From the NCBI GenBank assembly GCA_973895155.1, contig OZ316896.1:19518754-19582753 (forward strand): a stretch of DNA of 64,000 bases. Direction: 5' to 3'. Numbering within the stretch: position 1 is the first letter of the stretch; each line of letters opens with the position of its first letter. The stretch is from Marsupella aquatica (taxonomy: Eukaryota; Plantae; Marchantiophyta). Below the pieces are notes generated by a model. It had not been told where the DNA came from and made no database searches. It worked only from the letters and a program-made list of their open reading frames with translations. Of the stretch, positions 36,108-47,709 are shown piece by piece. The position numbers were made by a program, and so were the translations under genes.

Positions 36108-38592
36108 ATGGACTTTGTGAAGAGTGGGCTTGATTCACTGGACACGAATGGGATCAGACCAATACTCGTCACTTTGATTGCAACATTTTCGGTGACTTTG
36201 ATTACTTTTGTGGTACTAGCTCTGCAGAAGCGGAAACGGCTCCCGCCGGGACCTTTCCCATGGCCCGTGGTGGGCAACTTGCCTTCCCTGGTGGGAGTTC
36301 TGCCTCACCATAACCTTCGAAGCCTTGCAAACAAGTATGGAGGGCTGGTGTACCTTCAGTTAGGTGCGAGTTTGATCCTCGAGGAAAGCTGCTTTGAGAG
36401 AAGTGTAGCTAGATCGAGCTTTCAATTCGTTTATTGCTACGGTTTTGCTGAACGTGAGGTGGTGTGCGTCGGGGTGTGCGTATTCTAACTTTTATCAATT
36501 TCGTTAAATTCTTGTTGCTGGCCTCCGCAGGGTCTGTACCAACCATCCTTGTTTCCACTGTCGAGGTGTCCAGTGAGCTTTTCCAAACTTGCGATATAGT
36601 GTTCTTGGACAGGCCAAAGACGATGGCTTTCGACGTCGTCACCGAGAATAAGAATGTGGTTCTGGCGAGCGGACGTTACTGGCGCGAGGCGAGGAAATTA
36701 GTGACCAATGCGCTTCTCACCAGCAGGCGCCTGGAAACTTACAGGGCAGGGAGAGAGGAAGAGATCCGCATGATGATGAAGGTGCTATGTGAGGAAGCCA
36801 AGCTGGGCAGAACGATAGACCTTAAAAGCTGGCTGTTCGGGATCACTTCTAATAACATCACCCGGATGCTCATGAACAAGAGGTACTGTACCATACTTGC
36901 GGTATTCCCTCCTATTCCCTTTAGACAAAGCTGTACTGCACCTACCGTACTTCTAGAAATTTAGACAAGTTCGGAGCGGAAGCAATAGCAAGCTTCAGTG
37001 ATCGACAATCTGAAACATAGCTTCGTCGTTGGCTTTGTGAACCAAGTTAATATCCCCATTTCCATTCTCAGGTCTGAAATTTGTACAATCTCAGATGTGT
37101 TCAATGCCGTTGCCTTGCATGGAATAGCAAATGGTACTTTGGATCTGACCCATGATTCGCTTTCTCAGCTCTCACCTATGTGAATTCTTCTAAGATGTGT
37201 TGGATGCGATTGCTATTGAATATGAACAGGCAGCTCTCACCTATGTAAATTCTTCTAAGATGTGCTGGATGCGAATGCCATTGAATATGAACAGGTACTT
37301 TGGAGAGGGCGCTCGCATCGAGAAAGACAAAGAAGATTTTGATCTCATGCTTGCTCGCACCATGGAACTAGGCGTTGCCTTCATCATCAGTGACTACCTA
37401 CCCTACTTGGCCTTCGTCACCAAATTACAAGGTTGGCAAAAGACATTGAAGGATCTCCGGGAGCTGACCTCCAGCATTTCAGGCAGAATGTTTGAAATTG
37501 AGAAGCACAGACAACAGGCAAGAGAGAAGAGAGCCGACGAGGGTTATGTGCCAGATATGGTCGATGTGCTTTTGCGAACGCCTCTTGACAACGGCAAGAT
37601 TCTTCCAGACAAGAACATCTCCTTAATACTAATGGTAAGAATGGAAACCCTTTCACATACCCACGTACTTGTTCAATGATCGACAATTGTCGCCAGCAGC
37701 ATCAACTTTCTGCACATTGACAAGTGGAATTTCAGACTCACTGGACTCCGGCCCATAGATATCACAGAATAGAAGAATACGTAAATGCGATGGAGAAAAT
37801 CATGTGTTAGGTGCCGCTGTCATGAACTCCTCAAACGCAAACTAATCAGCAAAGGACTTTAATTTTGCCTATCGTCTACTTTTGCCCGGGCATTGAAAAC
37901 GATATCGATATTACTATTGCTTGCTATATATTGTTATGCTCTGAGATGGTTCCTGTTTCTGCCAGGACATGGTCCAAGCAGGATCAGAGACCAGTGCAGT
38001 GTCAATTCAGTGGACAATGGCAGAGCTCATGCGCAGACCTGAAATCATGCAAAGGCTGCAGGACGAGCTCAACACCGTGATCGGCCCCGCCCGACTGCCC
38101 CAAGAGTCCGACATCCCCAACCTGCCATTCCTGCAAGCCCTGGTGAAAGAAAATTTCCGCATCCACCCGCCTCTCGCTCTGAATATCCCTCGCGAGTCTA
38201 CCAAAGAATTCGAGTTCCGAGGCTTCAAGTTCCCGAAGAAGACGAGACTCCTCCTCAACTTCCACGCCATCCACCGTGATGCAAGTGTTTACGAGTCCCC
38301 CGACGAGTTCAAGCCTGACAGATTCTTGGAGTACCCGGAGATTAACCTCACAGCTGCATTTGGTTCTTACGAGCTGACCCCGTTCTCAGCCGGGCGGCGC
38401 ATGTGCCCCGCAGCTGAGCTGGGCAACGCTATGGTGTGCTTGGTGCTGGCTCATCTCGTTCACAGCTTTGATTGGGCCTTGCCCAAGGGTGAAGAAGGTG
38501 TAGACATGACAGAGGAATTTGGGTTGTCTGTGAGCTTGAAAGCCCCACTTCGCTTGGTTCCCAAGACCAAACCCCCTGCCTCTCTATATTGA
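36108..38592 (+). CDS. Cytochrome P450, CYP71 clan (A-type)
   Basis: Exons 36108-36363, 36531-36882, 37295-37634 and 37966-38592, all GT-AG and in frame. N-terminal membrane anchor plus LPPGPFPWPVVGNL, then YWREARK, I-helix AGSET, KENFR (ExxR), KPDRF (PERF) and heme motif PFSAGRRMCPA. Confidence 0.93.
37166..37295 (+). repeat. 65-bp tandem duplication of the 3' end of P450 intron 2
   Basis: cagctctcacctatgtRaattcttctaagatgtgYtggatgcga.tgc.attgaatatgaacagg at 37166 and 37231. Confidence 0.9.
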
Positions 38593-38639
38593 CGTTGAAT
38601 GACGAAGGACCAGAGTGACAATGCCAAAGCAAGTCAGGG

Positions 38640-40960
38640 TCAAACTGAAACGTGCTCTCGCAAATGGGCGCTTGTCTGGTGGCCATTGTTCCTAGGCACA
38701 TCAAGACAAGAATAACTCTAGCCAGAGAAGATGTGGTCCAATCGAAGCTTTCACGAGCCTGCAGTGTCCGACCATCCATGTTGTTTGCTTCCTGGGTGTT
38801 AGGCGCATGTCGAAAACTTTTCCTGTTGTCCCAGCCAAAGCGAAGGTGCCCTAGCTGCTCCTGGAACGAGTCCACCGGTGGAGTCTTCTCTTAAGGTGCT
38901 GCCAAGCGCGCTTCTCACTCCCAGAAAGAATTGGCTCAGTCATATTGTAATCTCCCATTAGAATCCAAGTGAACGATGTGTCCAGCCTGGCCACGACACC
39001 CTCTGATACCACATACTGATATAAGCATTGTTTGATGGCCAGTGCTGACATTAACACGATCATTTCAGCCGGAGCACACACCCAATGTGCAGACCGCCAA
39101 GCTTCCTGAAGTTTGCCAATTTTTCCAGAACGGAGTTTGTGCTCCGGGATCGGGTCCTGGGATGCACAGGATATCAGGGGTATGTTGAAGCCCCTCCAAA
39201 ATGAAGCGGGCCCTGCACACGTCTTCTCCTTGAGCCCTGTCCCCTCACATGTATGTCAGAATGTTGAGCTTGTTGTGTTGGGGCATTTCAGGGCAGTAAA
39301 TCCTGTTGAGAGCAGGAGATTCTTGTAGCCGGGGGCGCTTTGCTCTGGGTGAGGTGTCACCAAGAACGGAGGGCAAGGAGTCCGATTCCGTTTCTGAGTA
39401 TTCCTTTGAAAGCTTGCGCTTGCGGATGGTAATGTTGCCTCTCTCACTAGGGAGTTGAGGAGAAGTGACCTCCGCTGGTAGAGTCGCTGTACCGGATGGA
39501 GTCACCTCAACCACAACCGGTTGCGCCTGCGCCAAATGTGCTTTAGGTGATTTGTTTGCGTTTTGTGGTTTGACTATCCACTACTTCCTGAGTGGCCTCC
39601 TTGGGTTAGATGGGGTTGTTTTGGAGATGTGGTCCCAATCTGAACTGTCCGGAACACCACCGTTTTGCTGGAATTAGTTTCTCTACTGTCGACCTTCCCT
39701 GTAGAGTGTGTCGCTTGATTGCTGTGACCAACTACCAATAGCGCCAAGTAAATTGGTAATGTCCGGATTGTCCCATTTGTTGACAGACCTGTGTTCAGCC
39801 TCCGTAGGCGCTTCCTGGAAGAGGTGGAGGATTGTTGCCTGGCGGGGCAATGTATTGCAAACGATGCTGGTTTATTGCAACCTTGCTGAGCCGTTTCAGC
39901 TTCAAAAATTTATGCACGGTGTGCAAGGTGCTGCAATTCCGAATCCTCCCACTGCTGCTGCTCTTCAGCCTGTCCGCACCAGTAATCCGGCTCCGCTCTT
40001 GCCTCGCGTGCCTGAGTCTCCTGATACTCGTGGAAGACCACCTGGTCCAATCGTACCTTCTGTTGTGTCATATTGTCTGATGCAATTGGGTGCCTGGCGA
40101 TCTTCTTCCCCTGGGACGTATGTGTTGGCCCTTGAAGTAGGCAGGTTGTGGCTGCGTGCACTTGGATGCAAAATGCCTGTATGAAAAACAGAAGCAACAA
40201 TGGAGGTGCTGGGAAAACCTTGAGAATGGTCTCGACCACGGCTGGAATGTGGTGTTGTTCAGTGCGAGACGCCTGCTTTGCCTGAATGAACCCCCCAATT
40301 GGGGCCACCACGAATTTGATGTACTCGTAACTCTCGGGACTGCCGTTTTTATGTAGACGGAGACCAGGTGCTTGAAATCTGGTGAATTACAGGGGTGAAA
40401 TTCACCGTTGCAAAAATGTGAAGTGCTTTTCAAAGAAGAGGCTTGAAGTAGGCATATCTTGATGTGATCCCTTGCATTAGCATCAAATTGGACTACGATT
40501 GTAGTGCAAAATTAACTTGTTTTTGGTTTCCTGGTTGAAAGCCAAAATCCACTCCCTGGCCAGCCTGGTGTCAAATTTGGATTCAATCAACACCACCTTG
40601 TTACCAAACACCTTCTTTGTACCAAGCTGTAGGATATTAGGCAGGATGTAGATGATTTCCGAGTTCTGAACAGTAGGGATGGAGGAAGACCTCCTGTCAA
40701 TGAGTGATTGTTCAAAGGGGGCGGCTGTCACCACTACATTTTGTCCCGATGTTGCAGGTTTGCTTGGTGTATGTCGTGATGTTCTTCTGGATTGACTGCT
40801 TGCCATAGTACCTTAAAGTGTCGATTTGAGGGATGCGAGGAGTGGCAGGCCATGCCCACCAGATCACCCTTCCTTTGGTGCGGTAGTGAAAATGGTCGAA
40901 AGTCCCCAATCCACACCAGTCTGTAGAGTGCCAGCTGCATTAAGGACAGACCGGTCCTTC
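38640..40960 (-). mobile_element. Decayed L1/Tx1-type LINE: ORF1 plus the endonuclease start of ORF2, with RT missing
   Basis: Minus strand shows ORF1-like pieces at 40806-39300, then frameshifted APE endonuclease motifs MPQHNKLNILTY/NVRG (~39285-39240), DILCI (~39175), WILMGDYN (~38965) and LRLDHIF (~38745). Confidence 0.75.
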
Positions 40961-41268
40961 ACCATGGCCTCGGTTACTTGGGTGCCCCTCCGTCCTCCCT
41001 ATGCTTGTGTGTGGTCGTGATATCTATTGTGTTGATGCATGGAAGTGACAGCATAGTGCATCCAAAACCAACAAGCCCAACAAAAAGCGCAGAGATTGAA
41101 TGATAAAATCTTAACAAACACCGTTATGCTTGTGATGTGCGGGGGGGCTTAGCCTTGAGCTATTGCAAACTTTGGGGTATGTACAAACAGAGATTAGTAC
41201 GCTCACCTTCTCTCCTCTCACGAGAGAGACATTACCCTCATCTTCTCTCCTCTCATGAGGACCTGGAT

Positions 41269-41395
41269 TGCTACATCTCCTACCTAAATTTGTGCCTAGT
41301 CATGATGTTTTGTAAATTAAATCATATTACAGTGCTACATCTCTTACCTAAATATGTACCTAGTCATGATATTTTGTAAATTTAATCATATTACA
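41269..41395 (+). repeat. Tandem duplication, 2 x 64 bp
   Basis: tgctacatctc.tacctaaat.tgt.cctagtcatgat.ttttgtaaatt.aatcatattaca at 41269 and 41333. Confidence 0.9.
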
Positions 41396-44300
41396 CTATC
41401 CACCACAATCCCGATCGCAATTAGTGTTGGTCACACTAATTGTGGTGGAAAGTATATTCAGTCCCACTGTTTAATGGCTACGGGCAAACCACAATTGCCG
41501 CTACAAAGGGCCCCATAATGGGCTACGGGTAACCTGTAGCTCTCATTGTAAATTGCATAGGGTCAGGCATGGGCTTTGAGCTCCACAAAAGGGGGTGAGT
41601 GCAAAACCTTTTATTGCCAAGTGCTACACAAAAGGTGTGAGTGCTCCAACTTTTATGGTGAGTAGTGAGACATGGAATGCGGCTTTAATAATTTCTAGCA
41701 GAATTGAACTTGGGCTAGATTAGGAGGTGACAAGTAATTGGATTATTTAGCTTTCAAGTAGTAACATGAATTTTGTGCTTAATCCACAAGTGAAAGGCAA
41801 ATAACATGAGTGTACAATAATCGGAGCAAGTTTGATAAACGTTTTTGACATGGTCATAAATAATAGCTAGGCAGCATGCGAAGATTCATTGGGACTGTAA
41901 TGAAGTTTGTAGATGGCTCAAATGGACATCAAATTTCAATAGTCGACTTCCCTAGTTTTTTCCTCCTACCTCTCTAGATTACATAATCATACAGGGAGCT
42001 TTGTAATTCTGTTGTTGGCATCGCTAACATCGCTACCGTTGACAATTACTATGGTTCAAGTGTCCATCTGGTGTAATGAATGAAATTCCACTTGGGATGA
42101 AATTTCTTTGTTGTTTGACATTGCTCCAGATTTTCAGTTGCAAGTGTTGGAGTGCAAAATCCTGAAAGCAGTAGATATGCAAGTTACTTTGGACTTAATC
42201 TCATTTTTAGTTACTGGGCAGAGAGTGAAGCTTGCAATACTCTAAAACTGACCTTGATTGTGGCCATGTATGTTTAAGGTACAAGCTATTGGGCTGCACA
42301 GTCAATTCTACTTGGCTTGGACTTTGACAAATTACAGAAAATTTTCTTACTTGGGGTGACCAACCCATTTTAGCAAATGTCAAAAAGGAGAGCTCAATGT
42401 TCTCTACAACAAGGTGGTGTTGTCCTTTGTTGGGAAACATTCTCCTACTAGGCCAAGGAGTGGATACCAGCATTCAATGCTATAGGTTTACCAAAACTGC
42501 TTTACCATGAACAATTTGTTGGTGACTTACACATTGTGGTGGTTGAGGATGACACATAGAACCAGTTGTACAATGCTACTATGTTGGCACTACCTGTCCT
42601 CAAGGCACGTGACACATTTGCCACAGTCAATGACTATCCAGCTACATTTGATCCATAGAACCCTACTAGCTTTTGCTATTTGACTACTATCATTTTTTGA
42701 AAAGGATCACCTACTCTATTCAGATATCTGGACAATGTTTTGAAATCATTTGGCATACGTGAAGGGTTGTTATGTGTTGGTACGGCCAGACGACTCAGAC
42801 CTAGATGTTTATCATGTCCATATGGGATAAGTTGTTATAGCTAGATGTGGTAGAAGGACAAGTGAATGAATAAAACCTACTTACTCACGTATGTGGCGTT
42901 GAGTGGTTTAGACCGTTTGTGGCAAACAAGCCACGTGATCAATCAGACTGGCAACCACGAGAGCGGTGGGCAGATTCTTGGGATAAGAAATGGGAACGTG
43001 ATCCAACTCCAATATACAAGGAAGCTAAGACAATAGAATGATGTTTCCTCTGCCTTGTGGTGTTTCAAAGCACGCAAAAGATCAGTGACAGGGCTGGTTC
43101 CAAGGAATTCCAAATAATGTTGTTGCCAAGGCAATAGACTATCCCTTGACATGCATAGCAAGTGAGAAATCCTAGACAATAATGAAGTTGGTAGTTCACA
43201 CACAATTTAAAAGGCAACACTCGGAATACTAGTAGCTAGAGAACTCAAGTTTAGACAAGTCTTACTATCTAAGTTAGAATGGTGGACCTCGCCACCCTAC
43301 GCCCTCACCAATCCTAGCACTTGCGCCTAAGTGCCCTTGGTGCCCGAACGCCTCCACGGAATACCTCGAGCAAGCATCCAAGTGCCTTTAGCACCCCCCG
43401 CGGCCACTCCCATACGAAGCCGCACTTGCTCTCCTACACGACCGCTACTCAACGGTCCTCACTGTCTGCACAAGCAACCAAGCATCTTGGTAAGTAACTC
43501 CTCTGGATCTAGAACTCGCCCAGTCTAGCATCCTAATCAAGCTCAACAGACGTTGGTAAATAGGTCAGCGATAGGTCCTCCCGATGCCATAAGCCGGAAC
43601 CAGAACCCACGTCCACTGTCCGTCCAGGACAGCTCCTTCCTTAGGCGCGACCCGGGTTCCCCCTTGTACCTATCCATCACCAACTGACCGCCCTGACCTC
43701 AGGACATGCTCATGGCCCAATTAGCGTAGCTTGTCCTAAAGCTTGTCCCAAACTTGTCTCAACACGCCGGGACCAGAACGGCCCCGACTCTAACACCGTC
43801 TCCCGGTTCGCCCACTGATGGTCTAAGGACCGAGCGCCCTTGGGACTTAGCCTCCATACCTACTTGGCCTTGCCTCCCCAACGCAAGCTCCCTTGGGAGG
43901 CTGAACGCGGCTTGGCTGCTGTTCGACAGGATTTGGCAAGCGGGCGAGCTAACACCCGCCAACCACGAGAACCCATGCCCCCCCCCAGACCCAACTGAGC
44001 TCAGGAGGGCGCCTCAAGAGCTTTCCAACGCACCTAAGAAGTCCTCCAACGGACTTCCTGTTGGGAATATATCGTCATTTCCGTTTGGTGATTTCCCTTA
44101 GTGTCGCGACCGCCGCGGCTCACGACTTTGGTTCGCCCTTAGCCCCCTGGGAGACACCACTCCCCTCATATATGCTTCTGGAGACCTGCCACCCCTGGAC
44201 CAACTTTGGTCCCTAAACATTTGGCCCCCAACCCGGATCCCATCGCGCCTAATGGGCGCGCCACCAACTGGCAACGCCCATAACTTTCTTGATAGGCATC

Positions 44301-44767
44301 CGCAAGTGGAGTGCCTTAGCCTGTTATGACCGGGCCGACCCAGTGTTCATGCCTAGGCCCTCAGGTCTGATTGCCACTCGAGGCCCCCGACCGGCCCAAC
44401 CCGGATCGGGCCACAACTTGCGCCCCAAGCGTCCATTGCCAATGGCAACAACTCCATTGGCCTTGGGCCCAAGAGGAGCTCACTCCCAAGCCCTCAGAAC
44501 TCAAAGCCCATCCGATGGTCCGGACGGCCACCCTTGAGCCCGGCCCATTTCCCCTTGACCCAACCAGCCCTAGGCTAGTCCAAGTCCTTAGTGTGTGTCC
44601 CCATCTCGGCCCCTTGCCTCGCTAGTGCCACGTCTCATTGCCCACAAGTCTCCCCATGCTAAGTCCTCCCCGGATGGCCTATCCGGGCCTGGGCCATAAG
44701 GGAGCTCGGCGTCGGAGTCAACGACGCCGGAGCTAAGTGTTAAAGTTGTCGAGTTCCGCGACTGTCA

Positions 44768-44768
44768 A

Positions 44769-44799
<31 letters not shown>

Positions 44800-44810
44800 A
44801 TTAGTTAATT
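44768..44810 (+). repeat. (TTAG)n microsatellite
   Basis: attagttagttagttagttagttagttagttaattagttaatt. Confidence 0.9.
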
Positions 44811-45015
44811 TATTTAAGATATAATATTAGTTAGTGGGGCCTTAGTTTGGTGATAGAAGGCATGGATGTCTACTTTGACATTCAAATGAATGTGGAGTAG
44901 ACATTGTAATATACAATAATCTTATCCTACTAAAAGATAATAATTATAAAAGACCTTCAAGTGAACACAACTTTCAATGATTTCTGGTTTTAAATGAAGT
45001 GTGGTTCCATGATTG

Positions 45016-45472
45016 TGTTGGGTATTTACTCTTACGTCTAGGTTAGGTATGACGTGGTTGGTACAACAACGTGGGTTGGTACAACTACGTGGTTAGGTAC
45101 AACTACGTGATTAGGTACAACTATGTGGTTAGGTACAACTACGTGGTTAGGTACAACTATGTGGTTAGGTACAACTACGTGATTAGGTACAACTATGTGG
45201 TTAGGTACAACTAAGTTGCACACTATATCATAAGAGGCATGTGTGCTTGGAGAGGTAGAACCAAGGCTCATTGTTATGGAGCCACTTGAGAGATAGGGAG
45301 AGCTTACACTGTGGAGACTCGATATAGCCGACGGGCTTAGAGTTCAGTAAAGCTCTCTTGTGTGTTCCCGTGGACGTAGCCTCAAGGAGGTGAACCACGT
45401 ATCTCTTGTGTCGACTATTGTGCGTTGGATGGTTCATGGGCTTGCCGTTGCGATCGTCGTCTATGCTCAACA
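45016..45472 (+). mobile_element. Solo LTR of the same young copia family
   Basis: Reverse complement of the LTR sequence at 12796-13269, 457 bp long (one 18-bp unit fewer, one extra base, a few substitutions). TG...CA ends, TSD gattg at 45011-45015 and 45473-45477, no PBS or PPT. Confidence 0.96.
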
Positions 45473-45618
45473 GATTGAGCTTCACTACAAGCATATTGAC
45501 AAAATCAACCTTCTATCATAGACCCACTAGATGGAACCTTGTTGGGACCTAATCATTGGCCGGTCTGTAGGAATTTAAGTTGTCATGGATCCACTACATG
45601 GGAAACGCCGTTGGTTCT

Positions 45619-45970
45619 TGTGGAGCAAAGACGACATTCACAATGACAAGTTCATGATCATCCAATGCACAAATAGTCAACACAAAGATATATGTGATTC
45701 ACTTTAGTTGAGGCTACGTCCACAGGAACACATGAGAACTTCACTGCACTCTAGGTCTGTCGATCATATTGAGTCTTCGTAATACAAGTTCTCTCTATTC
45801 CTCAACTGACTCCGTAACAATAAGTCTGAGATCTTGTTATTCAGACAAGTAAACACTCCTTGGAGATATAATGTGCAACAAGACTAACCTATTAACTAGG
45901 GTTGCAACTAAAGTTAGCCCTAATTGCAATTACTCTCTTAATTCTTAGACTTAAGAGTAAATGCTTAATA
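45619..45970 (-). mobile_element. Old, diverged solo LTR related to the copia family
   Basis: tgtggagcaaagacgac...catccaatgcacaaatagtcaacac...gaggctacgtccacaggaacaca...taagagtaaatgcttaata aligns with the young LTR from end to end but lacks the 18-bp array. Confidence 0.8.
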
Positions 45971-46061
45971 GCTCATCCTCACTAACCAATCAGATGGACC
46001 GTATCACTCGAGTTGCAATTGTTAAATTTCTGTTTTAGCTTCCTTATTGTGGTCATGCTTC

Positions 46062-46380
46062 TCTCCTATGTCCGACCTCTCCAGTTTTTCTTTGGACACC
46101 ACTACCTTCAGTCCACCTTTTCTCCTATGTCCAACCTCTCCGGTTTTTCTTTGGACACCACCTACCTTCAGTCCACCCTGGCCCAGGGTGCTACCCCCTT
46201 GGTGGGCCACCCCATTGGATGTTGGTTTTTTGAATGAAATTCAATTGGTACTTTTGATGCAATAGAAAAAATGGTCATTAATGGAAGAATCAAAAGAAAA
46301 ATGGTCATTAATGCAAGAAAGTTTTTTGAATGAAATTCATTTGGTTCTTTTGATTGCAATTGAAAAAATGGTTATTAATA
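46062..46380 (+). repeat. Two small tandem duplications upstream of the RIN13-like gene
   Basis: A 59-bp unit tctcctatgtcc.acctct...ttggacacca..taccttcagtccacc at 46062 and 46121. Also ttttttgaatgaaattca.ttggt.cttttgat.gcaat.gaaaaaatggt.attaat twice (~46225, ~46322). Confidence 0.8.
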
Positions 46381-47709
46381 GAAGAAAACTAAAACCTAGA
46401 GTAGATAATTTCGCCGGTAAGAAAAACGCTGGTTTCTACATTGTTCCGTTTCGTACTTCGTGGGCTCCGTCGTCCCTCCTCTTTTGCGGCCTCTCCTCAC
46501 TCCTCTCTACACGGGCGATGCGGAGGCGAGATTTTTAATTTATCATAGACTCTTCACAGTCGCCTCTCTGGATTCGTTCAGTGCGGCTCGACACTCGAGA
46601 CGCGCGCTTCGTTTTGTCGATCTCTACAGTGGGGATCGGTATTTCGATTGGTTGATGACTGGCGATGAGTGATTCTTTCGTTCTTTGACTCCTGAGGAAT
46701 CTGTTCATTCGTTCGTTGGACCACTGGTTGTCCGTTCGTGAGATAAGTGGAGAGATAAGTGGAGAAAGAATGGCAGTGTTCTGTGCTCGCACGCCGAGGA
46801 ATTCACTCCAGGTTTAGCGTACTGTTCTACTATTTTTGTGCGGCGTGCCGTCTATGAACGAGTGATGACACAGATGGTGAGTTTCTACATTGCTTTCCGT
46901 TCCATCTGTTAGTAGTGTTGCGATAGGAAATAAGCGGAAAGTAATGTCTGTGGCCGGATGGATGCTTCTTCCCGGATTTATTGAAGTTTCGTGGATGCGT
47001 CCGGAGCTTGGCGGGTGACCGACAGAGGTACTTTCGTTACGAGAGCTAGGGCTTATGAGGAATGATGTTTCCGAGATGTGGGAACGGTGCGATTGAGCCA
47101 CTCGTTTTGTTGTTTACTGAATTTTCAGCGAGGCTGATTTTGTCGACCTAAGGGAAGAGTGCACTTGAGCGGAGTGCGTTGTTTTTGGAAACTCTCGTGC
47201 GATTACTGGACTCGACGTGGACCTCTTAATTTAGACGTTGGGAAGGTTCGTATGCTGTCCATCGAGGCCAGGAGAGAGGAGAATGATGCTTGCTGGACCT
47301 TATGAAGGTGAGCTACTGCAGCGACTGGAAGTGTTGCCAATCGTTGCAATACAGAGGAGGCAGCGGCGGCGATGATGGTGTGACGAGGTGGTCTCATATG
47401 GGTTGGTCGACGAGATTCAAACCCTAGGGGAGAAGGAAGCGAAGGCGAAATCGCGTTTTCAATGGTATTCAGAACCTCTGAAGGGACGGAACCCTAAATA
47501 TCTTGCCGGCTCGAAGTTTGGGGTCCAGGAAGGCAGTCGTCTGTACGCCCTTCTGTTTGGGATTGGAATCTCTTGAGGAATTAATGGGAATTGTTAATAG
47601 ACCGGCTGAAGACAACACCAAAATGAGGAGAGAATTAGTTACGAGGTGAGCAAGCTGTGTTATGATGACCTTTCAATTGGGGTTCATCTAGGTTCAGTGA
47701 CCGATCAGA

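Noticed and set aside
12796-45472. A giant element or inversion bounded by inverted LTRs
   Set aside because: The intact element (TSD cacgt) and the solo LTR (TSD gattg) each have their own matching TSD, so they are independent insertions.
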